This document shows positions 1 through 12,971 of a stretch of DNA of 64,000 bases, one piece after another; position 1 is the stretch's first letter; each line of letters opens with the position of its first letter. The stretch spans positions 62,001-126,000 of the forward strand of contig JAAOMT010000070.1 in assembly GCA_016748015.1 (NCBI GenBank), given 5' to 3'. The notes beneath the pieces are model-generated. The model had not been told where the DNA came from. It worked only from the letters and a program-made list of their open reading frames with translations, and searched no databases. Source of the DNA: Geosiphon pyriformis uo1. Its lineage: Eukaryota; Fungi; Glomeromycota. The position numbers were made by a program, and so were the translations under genes.

Positions 1-2154
1 TGGAACATTGTGTAAAACAATAGCCAAAATCAGCCAAAAAAACCAGAATAAATGAAATTTGTTTATACTATTAGTATTATTTGCTTATTGGACAATAAAG
101 CAAGACACTACACAAATTACATCATTTGAATTAGTATATGATAGAACAGCAACAATACTAGTTAAAATAGAAATCAAAACATATTTAACAGAACCAATAA
201 CAGAAGAGAATTTCCAAGAAAGATTGATGAAAAAAACATATAACTTGATAGAAACACTAGAAAACAAATGGCAAAAAGCAGCTAATAATATTTAGAAGTT
301 ACAAAAAAAACAAAAAAAAAGACACAATAACCAATTACCAAATAAACCAGTTGAATTCAGGATTGAAGATAAAGTACTTTTACATTGTACCAAAATAGAA
401 AAACAATGAAGTGGAAAATTTGACCCCAAATGAGACAGACCATTTTACATAGAAGAAATTCTAAGAAATAGAGCTTATAAATTAAAATAGAACAACAAAA
501 TCTTAGCCAAAGTAGCACATAATAATCGATTAAAACCATATCATACTATAGCATTATTACTAACCAATAATATTTTACAATTGGAAGTAGAGAGAATAAT
601 AATTCAATCAGAAGAAATTCTATGAGATTTAGAACTAATAATAATTATCAACACAAACACATCAAATTATGACATCAAAACTCTATATAAAGAATTAGCA
701 CACAACAAAAGATACCAGAAAAATAGAAATTACTAACAATATCTATATACTGACACAACAACTTTTTCAACTAATTTAACAACAAAATATGAAAATTACA
801 ATTAACCAACAAATCATTCAATATAAAAATACAAAGAAGAAGTCTTAATATGAAGTACAAAGAAAACCAGAAAACATTGTCAACAGGATAATTTTAAAAG
901 TAAGAATAACAATAGAAGTACAAACAAAAGTTATACCATACCAAAAATTGACCAAAAAAACTTAGAACTAGTGGATACAACAATTTCTAAAAAACTTTTG
1001 TTATTTTTACTTGAGACAATATTTGAATATTTAAAACTTATATACAGATAAAACAAAGTGAATATTTGATACAAAAATACTACAACAACTTGAACAATTT
1101 GTGGGAAAAAACAATCTAACTATACAAACACAAGCAATATATTGATTACAAGCTGGATTTCAAGACCAACCAGAAATACTACTCAATCTAAAAATGAATA
1201 CAGTTACCACTAATCAAATAAGTAAGATAATCAATGTCCAATTTAAGAAATTACAGGTTAAAATAACACAAGTAATTTTTGAAAAAGAAGTTCAAGATAT
1301 AATTCAATTGGGAGAATTAGAAAAATTAGGAGATTTTGATGAAGCTCAATATTAAAAAGAAGAGAATAATATTACTTATAAAATATAGAAATTATATTAA
1401 TATATAAATTAGCCAATCAGAAGTAGACATAATAAATAGAGAATTCTAAGATTCCTCTCAAAAAAATTGCAAAATTCCAAGAATTTCAGGATTCTTGATG
1501 CAAAAAATTAAGAAATTGAAAAATCTCAATTATGTATATATAGTAGTAGTATTAGAAACAGAAAAGACAAACATCTGAGTTTCATTTCCTAGTTAACATC
1601 TATATACTTTATCAATAAATATATTTATTAATTTTATCAATTTAATTATTTACTATTAATACTTTATGTTGATAGTAAATTATACTTAACCATACTGAAA
1701 CAATAGCTCTTGATCATGACTATTGATGGAATACTAATTTGCCTTGGTTTAATTTCTTTATTTTTTTTTATTTTTTTTATTTTTTTATTTTTTTATTTTT
1801 GTTTGTTGTTTACTAAATTAAGTAAAAATTAAATGCTGAATTGTTAATGTCAAAGAACTGGTAAAAAACCCAGAAACAAGGATAGAAACTCATAGAATTG
1901 AGAATAGCTTACCAGAAGATTACTGGCCACCATATTAAGAAAAAAATTCAAGGAATTGCAATTCCAAGAGACTACAGATAAAACAACTATTAAATCTCTG
2001 TCTATTATACAAAAAACTCAAACCCAAAACCTTCAGATTAACAAAACCTTTAGATCACGAAAAACTTCAGAGATTATCACCATCATATCAGCTATTAAGC
2101 ATTAAGTTACAGGTTTGTTATTTGTTTTGAGATCCCAAATAATTACTTGTAACA
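1..2154 (+). mobile_element. 3' part of a degenerate Ty3/gypsy LTR retrotransposon: integrase C-terminus, extra 3' ORF remnant, polypurine tract, 3' LTR
   Basis: ORF 59-295 LFAYWTIKQDTTQITSFELVYDR matches the integrase-core end (FAYRT..T..TPFELVYGR); downstream broken frames read KVLLH...WSGKFDPK*D.PFYI (GPF/Y motif); purine tract AAAAAGAAGAGAATAA ~1354-1369 directly precedes the LTR. Confidence 0.85.
1370..2154 (+). repeat. 3' LTR (~785 bp)
   Basis: Begins TATTAC (eroded TGTTAC) right after the PPT, ends GTAACA; CCAAT (~1413) and TATATATA (~1535) boxes; homologous inverted copy at ~27.2-28.1 kb. Confidence 0.7.
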
Positions 2155-2169
2155 ATAATAATAAAAAAA

Positions 2170-2580
2170 CTGTAATTTTTGTATTGATTGGTTTCTTTTA
2201 TCAGTTGGTTGATTCTTATTACCAAAATATATGATTTGTTAAAGCCAAGTTTAAGTTTAAAACAGAGGGTTAGACTGATTGGTAATGATAAAGTGGTGAC
2301 TAAAGTAAGTAGTAGTTTATATACAAGTTTGTTTAATAGAATAATTTATATGTTAAGTGTTATTGAGTCAATGGCAGTTAGTTTTAGTAAGCATTTGCTG
2401 TGTCTTTTTTTTTAGATATCAATAAAAAATTAATTGTATGTATAAATATGTAGTGTTGTTTTAATTGGCTCAAATGGCTAATTATATATAATAAGCATAT
2501 AAGTTGTATTAAGTTAGAATTATCTAATTTAATTCTGAATACTAAATAATAACTAAACTATACTTATTAAATATATAAAA
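2170..2580 (+). mobile_element. 3' fragment of an eroded LINE (ORF2 C-terminus + 3' UTR)
   Basis: ORF 2188-2415 ...IIYMLSVIESMAVSFSKHLLCLFF aligns with the young LINE C-terminus VIRLLGITDAIGIGFGFRKSSLFF; 3' UTR from ~2450 homologous to 17358-17488. Confidence 0.75.
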
Positions 2581-2892
2581 AATATATAATATAGTTTTAA
2601 TTAATTTAAGTGATTAATTACATGTAATTAAAATGTAAATTATATTTATTTTAAAGTATTTTGTTTATTATATTATAATAAATAATAATTAAATATATTT
2701 TTTAAAAAATAAAAAATAAAAATTGTTTTATATTAAAATTATATAAACTAAAATTTTTATTTAATTATTTTTATAATTAAATTTTTTTTTAAATTATATT
2801 ATTATTAGCTATTATAAAAAAATAATAATTGGTTTTTTATTAATTTTATATTAAAATAAAAAAAAATTTTTTGTTTTCTTAATTTTATGATT

Positions 2893-5095
2893 ATGACCAA
2901 AGTGAAAAGTAAAAAAGCTGTACCTAATATTTTTTCTAAGATATCTAATAAAATCCAACCAAAAAAACTCTCTTTGTTGTAAAAACTACTAAACAGAACA
3001 TCTTAAAAGTTTTTTTTAAAATATTCATAGTAAAAGGCTGTCTTTGGTGACTTTTAAAGGATTTTTCTCATCTTTAACTGGTTCTTTATCTGTCAAAGTC
3101 TTTTTAAAGAGATACATTTAGGTTAGTTCTAGTGTTGTCTCTACTTCTTCAAAAAGCCCAAAATTTTTTAATAACAGACTAGTCAACAAACTGGTTTTTT
3201 TTTCCATAGTTTCTATATTAGGTGTTGCTGGTATCTTTTTTTCAAAAAAAATGGTCAAAAAGACCAAAATTTCAGAAAAGTGAGAACAGTCACTTGTTTT
3301 ATTATTATTATACTTAAGCTTTTTATTGTATTATCTAATATGTTGTTTAAAATAGACTAAGATCAATTATTGGCTGTATTACCAAATATAGTATCCTTTA
3401 ACAAATCATTACTGGTTTTAAAAACAAAACAATAGTCTCCTGTTAGATTATCTGCTTTTGAGAACTGAATTAATTAGATAGAAACTAATTCAATTTTTTT
3501 TCTGGTTTCTGGTGTTACCATTAGTGATGCTTGAGAAACTATTGTTAATTATCAAATATTTGCTAGATAGATGGTTTTTATTCTGGTGTTTGGTGCTATT
3601 TTTAAGATTAAATTAGCTTATGTTAAGACTGCTTTTTAGTCTGTACATAGTTTTTTGGATGTAAATTTAGTATCAAAAAACAATATAAAACTTTTTTATA
3701 TAAAGTTTGCTTTTTAAAAATCTTTGAAAATTGCTCTTTTGGTTGAGTTTACAAGCTCAGTTTATTTAGCCACTTTTAAAATTGCCAAGTCTGGTAATTT
3801 TTGAGTCTGGTTCTTTTTTTACTATTGTTATGCTGCATAATATGCTTTTAGATATATTTGTTGTTAACATTAAAACAGCTTTTAGTGTATTTGGTAAAGT
3901 CATTTGTGTTGTATTAAAGTTTATAATATGTGATTATTCATTTTGAGAAACTGAATTTTGCTGTTTTTGCTTTAAATTATTGGTCACTTTTAATAAATAA
4001 AAATAATATTAGGATCTTTTTTTTGGTAAATTAAAATAAAATTATTTTGTTTTATATTAAGTTTAAAGCCAAGTTATTAATCTTTTTTTAGCTATACTGC
4101 TTTTAAAATTAGTAATATAATTTCTCAAATTGATGATTAGACATGTTTTATTCTTTGCTCTCTTAATTTTGGTTGTTATTTCCAATTTGTTTTGGTTATA
4201 TTTGGATCTTATATTGATTTAAATGCTGTAGTTATTAGAACTAATATGTTAAAAAAATGCTATATTTGATAAAAAACTTCTGAAAATTGGTACTGCTTTT
4301 GATGCCAATATTTAAATTATCTGGTTTTAAATTGTAAGATGTTTTTATCTCTTCTTTTTAAGGTTTTCAAGGCTTTTGTTCTTTGTATTATTAACAACAA
4401 GTTTTATGTCAAGACTGCTGTTTTTGTGCTTTTTTTGATTTTTTGTTCTTCTGTTGGTTTAATTTTTTTTGCTGATATAATATTTAATAATCTTGTGGTT
4501 TTTTTTTAGTTGATCTCTCTGGAATTTAAGTTGGCCAAGCTTTTTGTTTTGGTTAATTTTATTGTTAAGCCAGTTGGTTTCATGATTAAAGTATTTAAAC
4601 AATTTGTTAATAAAGATTTGGTTTCAAGTAGTGCTTTTAGTCTTAAAGTCAATAAAGTTTTAATACATATGAGTATCTTTAATAAGACTGTTGATAAGCT
4701 AAAATGAGAGATGTTTGCTTTAAAAACAGAGTATAACTATGAAAACATTAATATGTTCAACTCCTATATATGTTTGTTTTCTATTAATAATAATGTTTTT
4801 TCTAATTTAATGTTTCTTTAAAAACATAAATCTGCTGTTGTTAAGACTAATGCTTTGAAAATAGCTAAGTAACTGGTTAAATTAGTTAGTAATAATACTA
4901 TATTGTTTGAAATTATTCAAAAAATGTCTTCTTTAAATAAGTTTTCTTTTAAAGTATTAATGTAGTATAATCTAAACTGGTTTAAGTAACTGGTTATATG
5001 TAAAAAGTACATGAATTAGACTTAATTTGAAATATTAAATTTGTTCTAAAGTACAAGATAATAATTAGACCATATTTGTTAAACTTAATAAATAA
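2893..5095 (+). mobile_element. Eroded ORF1-only (gag-like) non-LTR element ending in the LINE 3' UTR; no ORF2
   Basis: ATG 2893 (MTKVKSKK...), broken frames with RRM-like segments (NIKTAFSVFGKV) and a degenerate zinc knuckle ~4290-4335 (YCF*CQYLNYLVLNC); stop TAG 4963-4965 immediately followed by a ~120-nt tail that aligns with 17358-17476. Confidence 0.7.
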
Positions 5096-6659
5096 AAATA
5101 TTAAAGTAAAATATTATTAAATATTAATTAATTAATTTTAATATAAAATATTTTAATTATATTATTTTTAAATTTAAAATTATACTAAAATTGTAAAGCT
5201 ATTTTAATTTTAATAATTAATTGTTTTAAAATATTTTTAAATTGATTAGTATTTTTTATGATTATTAATTTTAATTTTTATATATTTAATATTTAATTAT
5301 TTTATTTGTTTCTTTAAAATAATAATAACTTATATCAATATTGTTTTAATAAAATTATATGAAAACAAGATTGTAGGTAATAAAATTAATTAAAAAGAAT
5401 TCAACTTCAAAGAGCAAATTGAATAAATATGGATTCAATATGTAAGATCAGTCTTATAAAATATCTCAGTCACTATTCTTTTTAAAAAATAACCAAAGAA
5501 TCTGAAGGTAAAGGGATAGTTTGTACTGTCAACAAATAATAATACACTGGTATAATTCTATGTCTTATGTTAATGTTCTTAGAATTTAATATCAAGTATT
5601 AGATGTATTTTTTAGTCATGTTTTATTTAATAATCTTTAAATTCTACAATTATATAAATCAGGAAAAAGGTAGATAAATGCCAACAAATAATCTTTTATC
5701 TCAAGATATTCAGATACTTAAAGATAAGAAAAGGAAAATTAGTGAGAAAAGAAGAATTGAAATAAAGTTGTTATTTTATTTCTTTGCTTTTATTGATTTG
5801 TACATGCTTTTCTATAACTAAGAGATTCATCACTTATATAGCTATAAAAAGTAATTAATAATTACTATCTAAAAATAGAGTGGCTAATTATATGACATCA
5901 ATGGTTAATACATGTGATAATTAATAAAAAGTATGGGTTTCAATCGTAACAATATAAAAATACAATAATTTTTATATAATTAAGATAAAAGATAAAAATT
6001 GCAAATATGACAAATAAATATTATGTAAAATATTAGCAAATAAATTTATTACAATTATGCAACAATTAAGCATTACACTAGTTACAACTTATCTTTAATT
6101 GAGATGTTACTATTATGAACATAAAGATAATAATGTAATTCTGGACATATTATATTTTTCATAAGCAGGATAACTTTCTTTTATAGTGTATAAAAGTTGA
6201 TTTTGGCATTTACACATTTAAAACATGTTACACAAATATATCAATACAATATGTGGCTTAAAGAATTTAAAAAGATTTTCCCATCTTACAATATACGCAT
6301 TTGAGAGATTGAACATTGGTTCGGGCCTCAAAAACCAACAGGCGACCTGAATCCGTGAATTTTGGGTTGAAACAAGATATACGAGAAACCAAGTGACTTT
6401 CCGAGTTTGACCATTTACACTGAGGATATAGTCTAATGATAAGCCTATTAGGTTCAATCTCATTCTATGATGGCTGATTATTCTTAGTCGAACGCGTTTT
6501 AAACGCGCGTTGTAATTTTGCACTTATTTTATCTTCAAAGTTGGACCGTCAGGTTGAACGTATCAAGATCTCGTTCCTTCCAGCTACTAATAACACTTTT
6601 TGGGGCTTGGGAACTTTTTCAAAAGACTAAACTACTATACTGTTAATTGAAATTTCGAA

Positions 6660-7657
6660 ATGGCGGCTTTTCGTGAAATAAATTTAGACAATCAAAAGCG
6701 AGAAACCCTAAGGTTTTTCCCATATTTGAATTCAGCACTAGCTAAAGGACGCCAAGTTGCAGTGTGTGCGCGCAAAAGAATCTCCAAGGTAGTCCTTAAC
6801 ATTATCAAAGCGTAAAATCTACTCCAAAGTTTCTCTCAGCTTTTGGACGAAAAACTGACTAAATAATTGATTTCGATAGGCTTTTTCCATAGATAGTGTC
6901 GAATATCACATTATCACCACACAAATCTTTGACGTCTTAAGCCGTTTGCACAGAGGCAAATCATATTTGGACAAGACACGCTTAGAAACCCCACGAGGCC
7001 TTGAAGAGGAGGCGATTGAATATCGAAAGCGGTTTCTGATGAAAAAGTATTTTCGTATATGGAAGAAAGTGATAGAAACACAGCTGCGTCTTTTGTATAA
7101 GAAACGAACTCTCGGCCTAGCTTTTGACGAATATGAAGAGAGCACAAAAGTAATTGATAAATTTTTTATGTATTTTTGAAAAAGTTGAAATTAATGACTA
7201 ACGTATAGAAAATATTCGTGACATTAAAGAAACGATTCAAGTTTGATTTTTACGGAAACTTATCATTACAACAACAAAGTAAATCAATTTCTATTGAATA
7301 TGTAAGAGCAAGATCAATTTTGAAGAAATCAAAAATGGTATATTATTCATAATTGAAAAATGAATTGTGGGTTGTGAACAAAACGCTTGCTGATACTGTT
7401 TTTACCTTTAGGTACCTCGTTATTTGAGATTCGTGAGAACAACAAAAGAAATCAGGGAAAGGTCATTGTCCAAGGATGGCGGGTTAAAAGTGAGATGGGA
7501 TCTTTTATCGAATCGGGAATCTGAATATTATACTTCATTGGCACCACAAATTTCCATTTTTCCCTTTGGCTGGAGTAGATATAGAAAAGAACGGGGAAAT
7601 TTTGGTGATGATATCTCGGCAGTAGAATATTGTACGACAGAGATGGAAATTGAATGA
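6660..7657 (+). CDS. Hypothetical 4-exon protein (~257 aa) with Sfi1-like centrin-binding motif and SILK/RVxF PP1-docking motifs
   Basis: Exons 6660-6788, 6880-7149, 7209-7337, 7412-7657 joined by phase-0 GT-AG introns into one open frame; CpG retained unlike flanking repeats. Confidence 0.65.
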
Positions 7658-8646
7658 CCCGACATTGGAATCAATGAAAACTAATACAAGGTCACGAGGT
7701 CATTGCGGTCGATCTTCAAATTGAATTAAACTTTAATAAAACTTGAAAATAGCAGATGGCATAATAAATTAATTCCTGGGCGTGTGGGAAATCAGTTTTT
7801 CACAAGGAAATGCGATTGGTCGATAACCGAGTCCACTGCTACGGCTATTTTTACAATTCAAATTACAAATGTCTCATAGCAAAGTTCATGTATCCAAAAA
7901 GACGAAGAGGTATTGTATGACATTTAGGATTTCAAAAAGGAAAGCAAATAACGCGAAGCGGTAACACTGGCATTTTTAGCCTTAGCACTAATCACTTTTT
8001 CGTAGAAACATATAATATTTTCAAATACCCACCCCTTTGTTCATGTTCACGTACGACTTCAGAGAATTGGTTTCCGAGTTTCAAGAACTTTGACCTTTCT
8101 TGCCACCTCTTTACGGAGGACTACATACATCGTAACACAATTATTTGTGTTGCATACTGTATTTATATAATTCATTTCTTTTCCTACTTGACAAATTCCA
8201 TTCTTTTTTATTAGTTGCAAGATAGTATTATAAATTTTCAGAAAATTTAAGCGATTCGAATAGCTACAGGCCAAAGAAACCGACGGATAGGTACTGGGAA
8301 GGAGAAAAGGGTTCGAACCCCTTCAACTGATAAAATTTATCACGGCTTCGATGTTGAAATATCAAATATAAATATGAGAACCAAGACAAAAAATTTTATG
8401 GTTTCTTTGTATCCTGGATATATTTCTCATTTTTTATAATACACTTTTTTAACTTCAAACTCCATACCCCACTTGAGTTTTCTGAAAATTTCCCCTTTAC
8501 GCTAGGCGTAACTCTGTAATATAGCTTTAAATAATGCAATAAATATACGTACAGTTTCAATAATAAATCTAACTTGAACGTAAAATTGTGATTTTCCGAT
8601 TCTCAATCTTCAATTCAATCTATCACATTATAATAATGATGTTGAT

Positions 8647-9708
8647 ATGACGACTTACAATCACAACACATTGCCAAATTCAATCGCCGAGTCTTCTATG
8701 TCAGATATAATTAATGGGACAATTTCGAACATGGTCAGACCTTCATCACAAGTCTCAACCACAGCATCATCGATTGAGATGTCGGGAGAAATATTATTGC
8801 CAATAGATGGGGAGCAACAGCCACAAAGTTCACTGAGAACAGAAGAAACAATCAATTCAAACATAAATGTTTTGTTTACAAATTCTTTTTCAGGGAGGAA
8901 CAATGACACTAATTATAACAACAACAATAATAATTTAGCGGAAACATCAACAACAAACCCAAATATTCCAATCCCCATGCCTCCTCGCGCACATGTTAAT
9001 ATTAATTTCCAACGACCGTCTCATTTATCGACATCATTTAACAATTCTCCATTACCCCAACAAAATTCAATAGAAACCTCTTCAAATTATCGCCTACTCG
9101 AATCGAATCCCAACCAGGTAACTTCAACAATATCTCAATCAATAACACCAACAAACCAACAGACCCCGTTTAACTATCGCCGTTCACCATCTCGCTGCAT
9201 AAACGTCCTTGTGCATACAACAATCATATTCATCCTAATAGTAACTACAAGTACCTACATTTGTATTTTGAAATTCGAAGGCCCGAAACAAGCTTACTTC
9301 CACGTAATCTTCGTTTTCCTATTAATCGCCGAACTTTCGATAGGTGAACGATATTATACTAGCAACCTGGCTCGAAATCGTTTGGGAGATGACAGGCGAC
9401 ATACAAATTATCTTCCACCACCACCACCCGATTCCGCAGTTAGGTTATGGGCTCCATGGAACGATCCTGAAGTTGCAATCCGAATTGCGGAGCGACACTC
9501 GAGAGCCGCTACGATAACGATAATGGCAGAATCATCGTTTGATCCTGTGTGTCCAATGGATTTTGTCGCACCACCTGCCTACGGGAATTTTAGGGATTCC
9601 ATATTGATTGACCCCACTACTGGGGGTGCTATTGAGGGTGATAGGCAAGGAAATGAAATGTCATCGATCCCAGGTTCGCTGCCTGAATATGACGCTTTGT
9701 CATTATGA
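8647..9708 (+). CDS. Hypothetical membrane protein: disordered N-terminus, two hydrophobic helices, PY motifs (PPAY, LPEY); frame continues past one TGA to 10242
   Basis: 353-aa ORF; hydrophobic stretches VLVHTTIIFILIVTTSTYICIL and YFHVIFVFLLIAELSIG; PPAYGNFRDSILIDP. Confidence 0.65.
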   Translation: MTTYNHNTLPNSIAESSMSDIINGTISNMVRPSSQVSTTASSIEMSGEILLPIDGEQQPQSSLRTEETINSNINVLFTNSFSGRNNDTNYNNNNNNLAETSTTNPNIPIPMPPRAHVNINFQRPSHLSTSFNNSPLPQQNSIETSSNYRLLESNPNQVTSTISQSITPTNQQTPFNYRRSPSRCINVLVHTTIIFILIVTTSTYICILKFEGPKQAYFHVIFVFLLIAELSIGERYYTSNLARNRLGDDRRHTNYLPPPPPDSAVRLWAPWNDPEVAIRIAERHSRAATITIMAESSFDPVCPMDFVAPPAYGNFRDSILIDPTTGGAIEGDRQGNEMSSIPGSLPEYDALSL

Positions 9709-10714
9709 TCATCCGTACGATCTAGTGTACATACAGTTCAATCAACAAGAGACGAAAATATGGGTCGTAGAAGAAATGGAGGTGTTGAAGCGACAGTTAT
9801 TGGTGGTGGTACTATTAGTAATAGTCGGGAAGTTGCAAATGGGAGTGATGAAAGGAATTTTGCCACTTTAATTGCTGGTAACAATAACGTATCTAGTTCA
9901 AGACAAACCACAACATCGATGACCCAACGGCCGACTATTGTGGAAGAAAATAGTGCCTCTTCTCGGAATCACCCAGGTGCTCAATCTGCTTTAAATCGCC
10001 ATCACACAATGTCCTCTCATTGTAATGTTCAAAGACAGTGTTCCAGTGCTACTGTTGCTGGAGGACGAATTCTGAGATCAATATCCCCACTTTTAGAGTA
10101 TCATCATTTCAATCCGCGACAACCTCAGTACACCGCACCGAATGGATCCGTAATGACTTCCACAAGTTTCCTTTTTGATGCAGCCCTAAACTCTTCTACT
10201 CATTTTCTAATTCCACTGCCCCGAACAAGGGGTTCACAATGAGTTTCGTGTTGGTTTAGTTTTGAAGTTGGTAGGATAAAGATTGTGCAATGAGCAGTGT
10301 CGGTTCATCTTTCCCTTAGAATGAAATCAGTTGTAATTTATTGTTCATAAAATTGTAATTTTGAGAAAACAATGGTTAATCATTATCAAAAAAATAAAAT
10401 TTTCGGAGTCAAATACAATGTGTTTTCAGTTCGCCAAATAATTCAGAGAATTTTATAAAATGACCCTTGATTTCTTGGAATCTGTATTATCGCTACTAGA
10501 ACACTTACAATCTACACAAGAAATGCTATGATTCTGGGTTATTGTACGAATATATTCTGAGAAAAATCAAGACACTTATCAAATCTTAGCAATAGATTGT
10601 TCGTGGATGAAGTAAATCTCACGTTCGAATTTGCGAGGCCAAAATTCGAATCTTGTCCTATCGCTGATTAGTGGAATGCTTTATTCTAACGATTACAGCC
10701 GTAATAAATTATCA

Positions 10715-12971
10715 TTACTCGTAACTGTTAGCACACCAAATATGAGCAACCTTTTCACTAAGTGCGGGACCTATCTTTTTCCTGCCAATAACTTTGTTGC
10801 ATGTTTCCTTTAACATTTTCTTTTTCTCTTCTTCCGTAGAAAGTGACTCATATGCTTGATTAAGTGCATGAGGTGTTGAATAACGCTTTGCAATTTCTAA
10901 TGCCTTGTCACCACTAATTCCTCGAACAGTCATAAGCATCTTGACAAAAGTGTCACGTAATGTCAATGATCCGTTTTTGCTGTTAATCTCCGAATACATA
11001 GCATAGGAAATGTGATACGAGCGTTCAAGATGACTAGTTGACAGCCGTTGCTTCAACTCCAAAAAAGTAGAGCGAAACACAACATTATTTGGAATCTCAT
11101 ACAGAATTTTGTTCTATTTGAATAGAAAAAAAATTCAAAGTGAGAGAAATTCAAATAATAAACTTGATATTGAATATTTCTAACCTCATGCAAGGATTTT
11201 AGAATTTTGGTCATCGCGACTAAATAATCGATGGTTTGATCAATAGTTTTTGTTCGTTTCAAAAAGAAACCATTGATAACTTGGGTCTCAGACATGGCGG
11301 TTTGAACAGCTTGCATTCCAAACTCAACTGCTTCTTCAATTAAATAGTCTTCAACCAAGTATATTATCTGCTTAGTGCCAGACTTTTTAAGTCGAAACTA
11401 TCAAAATATGCAAAATTTGGCAGATAATTCATTTGACATTTGATTCAAACAATTTCAGAGTATGCTGTTGCTCTACCTTTTGTTCTTTGAACCGACCATC
11501 CTTGATACTCATTATTAGATCATCCATCCTTTTCCTTTCCATGACAAAGTCTAAAACAATTTCTTCAGGTTGTTTCCCACTTGAGCCTGAGGAATATCTT
11601 CGAGCAACCCAAATGACATCCCCTAATTCCAAAGCTCTCACTTGAGCATTGATACCCCTTTCTAACAATTGCTGCTCGAAATAGTCACGATCCTGTTTTT
11701 TTCGCATCTCACGATTATCGACAAGAAGAGCGACCTCAAAAGTTCCAGGCAACCATTTGATAGGTGTAAAAGACGGGTAGTCAGAAGTAGGCTTGGACGT
11801 CAGATTTTCGAAGGAGGAGGAGGAGGATGATGATTCAGACCTCACACCAACAATTGGAATATTTTGTGAGTTATCATCACTGTTTTTTTCAAGTTCAGTT
11901 ATTGGCTTATTTTCTGAAAATACACTGCCTGAAGTAGAGGCACTTTGATCAAGATTTGAACTAACATTGTCGAAAATGGTATAGCCACTATATTGAACCT
12001 TTTCTGCAAGCGAAGATATTTGATCAAAATTCATACTTAATGGATCTTCACCCGCTCCAAGCCCGGCAAAAACATCAACGCCACTTTTCTTGGACGTCTT
12101 GATCATTTGACGGGCAATTAATAAACCAGCATCGGTCAATGAATACCTTGGCGGACATCCATTCTTATAAACATAGTCCTTGTCTAGCAATATTCTCATT
12201 GAATTCCATGCTGTGTAATACTTTCCCTGTTTGGAAGATGGCATGTCAAAAGACGACTCACAAAATTGTTGTGCGACTTTGATCAGATCCGCTTTAGTCA
12301 TACTATGGTTGCTGCTAAGATATTTAGTATAATTGAGATATAAGGCGAGAATAATGCCATAACCGCCGGATTTATATTGCGGTAAATATATTCGTTTTTG
12401 CTTTTTTGAAACAGGATCCCGGACTTCAAGGGATTCTGTGGTCTTATTCATTTCGAGTTCATTAATTTTTGAAGTAGTCTTTGGAATATCATCTTTAAAG
12501 CATTGATTTAGAGAGCCAAATTTAAGAAAAAGACATATTAACAAAGAAAGAGAAAATAGTTATGATAGAAAGGGGACCAGGTGATGAATTCGTTTCACAG
12601 AGCGAATGACAAATACCGGGATGTTTGGGCATTGGTTCCCCGGTTTCTTTGCAATGTTGCATGAGTCTCTTTTCTAGCTTTTTACATATAGCTGGACCAA
12701 TTCCGTTTAATATTAAGGCTTCAATTGGATGGTTAAAAGGTAATGGGTATTTAGAGAGTGAATCAAAGGCCTATCATTAAAGCAGCCATTTTCAGTTATT
12801 ATTTGCCCGATAGAAAGAAGTGAATTCTGGCAGACAAGTACAAACTCTTTTATAAGTATGATAGGCTTTGCTATTTTCAGCCTTCGCTTTTTCCACCCAC
12901 TCGTTTATCCATTGCTGATATAATGGGTTACCACAAACCGGAGCCAGAGTGTAATTTCTTTTTGGCGGCAT
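10715..12971 (-). CDS. MUS81: Crossover junction endonuclease MUS81 (5 exons)
   Basis: N-terminal HhH (SLSKYPLPF..ILNGIGPAICKKL), winged helix (YLPQYKSGGYGIILAL...YTAWNSMRIL), ERCC4 domain (VDNRE, LELGD, ERKRMDDL..SIKDGRFKEQK), C-terminal HhH (RGISGDKA, IGPALS). Confidence 0.95.

Noticed and set aside
5340-5900. Slightly less AT-rich stretch, possible relic
   Set aside because: No interpretable protein motif or repeat match within the window
8309-8320. Palindromic GGGTTCGAACCC resembling a tRNA T-loop/B-box
   Set aside because: No acceptor stem, D-arm or A-box can be built on either strand
9706-9708. Selenocysteine TGA
   Set aside because: Lies in a disordered Ser/Arg stretch with no redox motif, and no SECIS was evident
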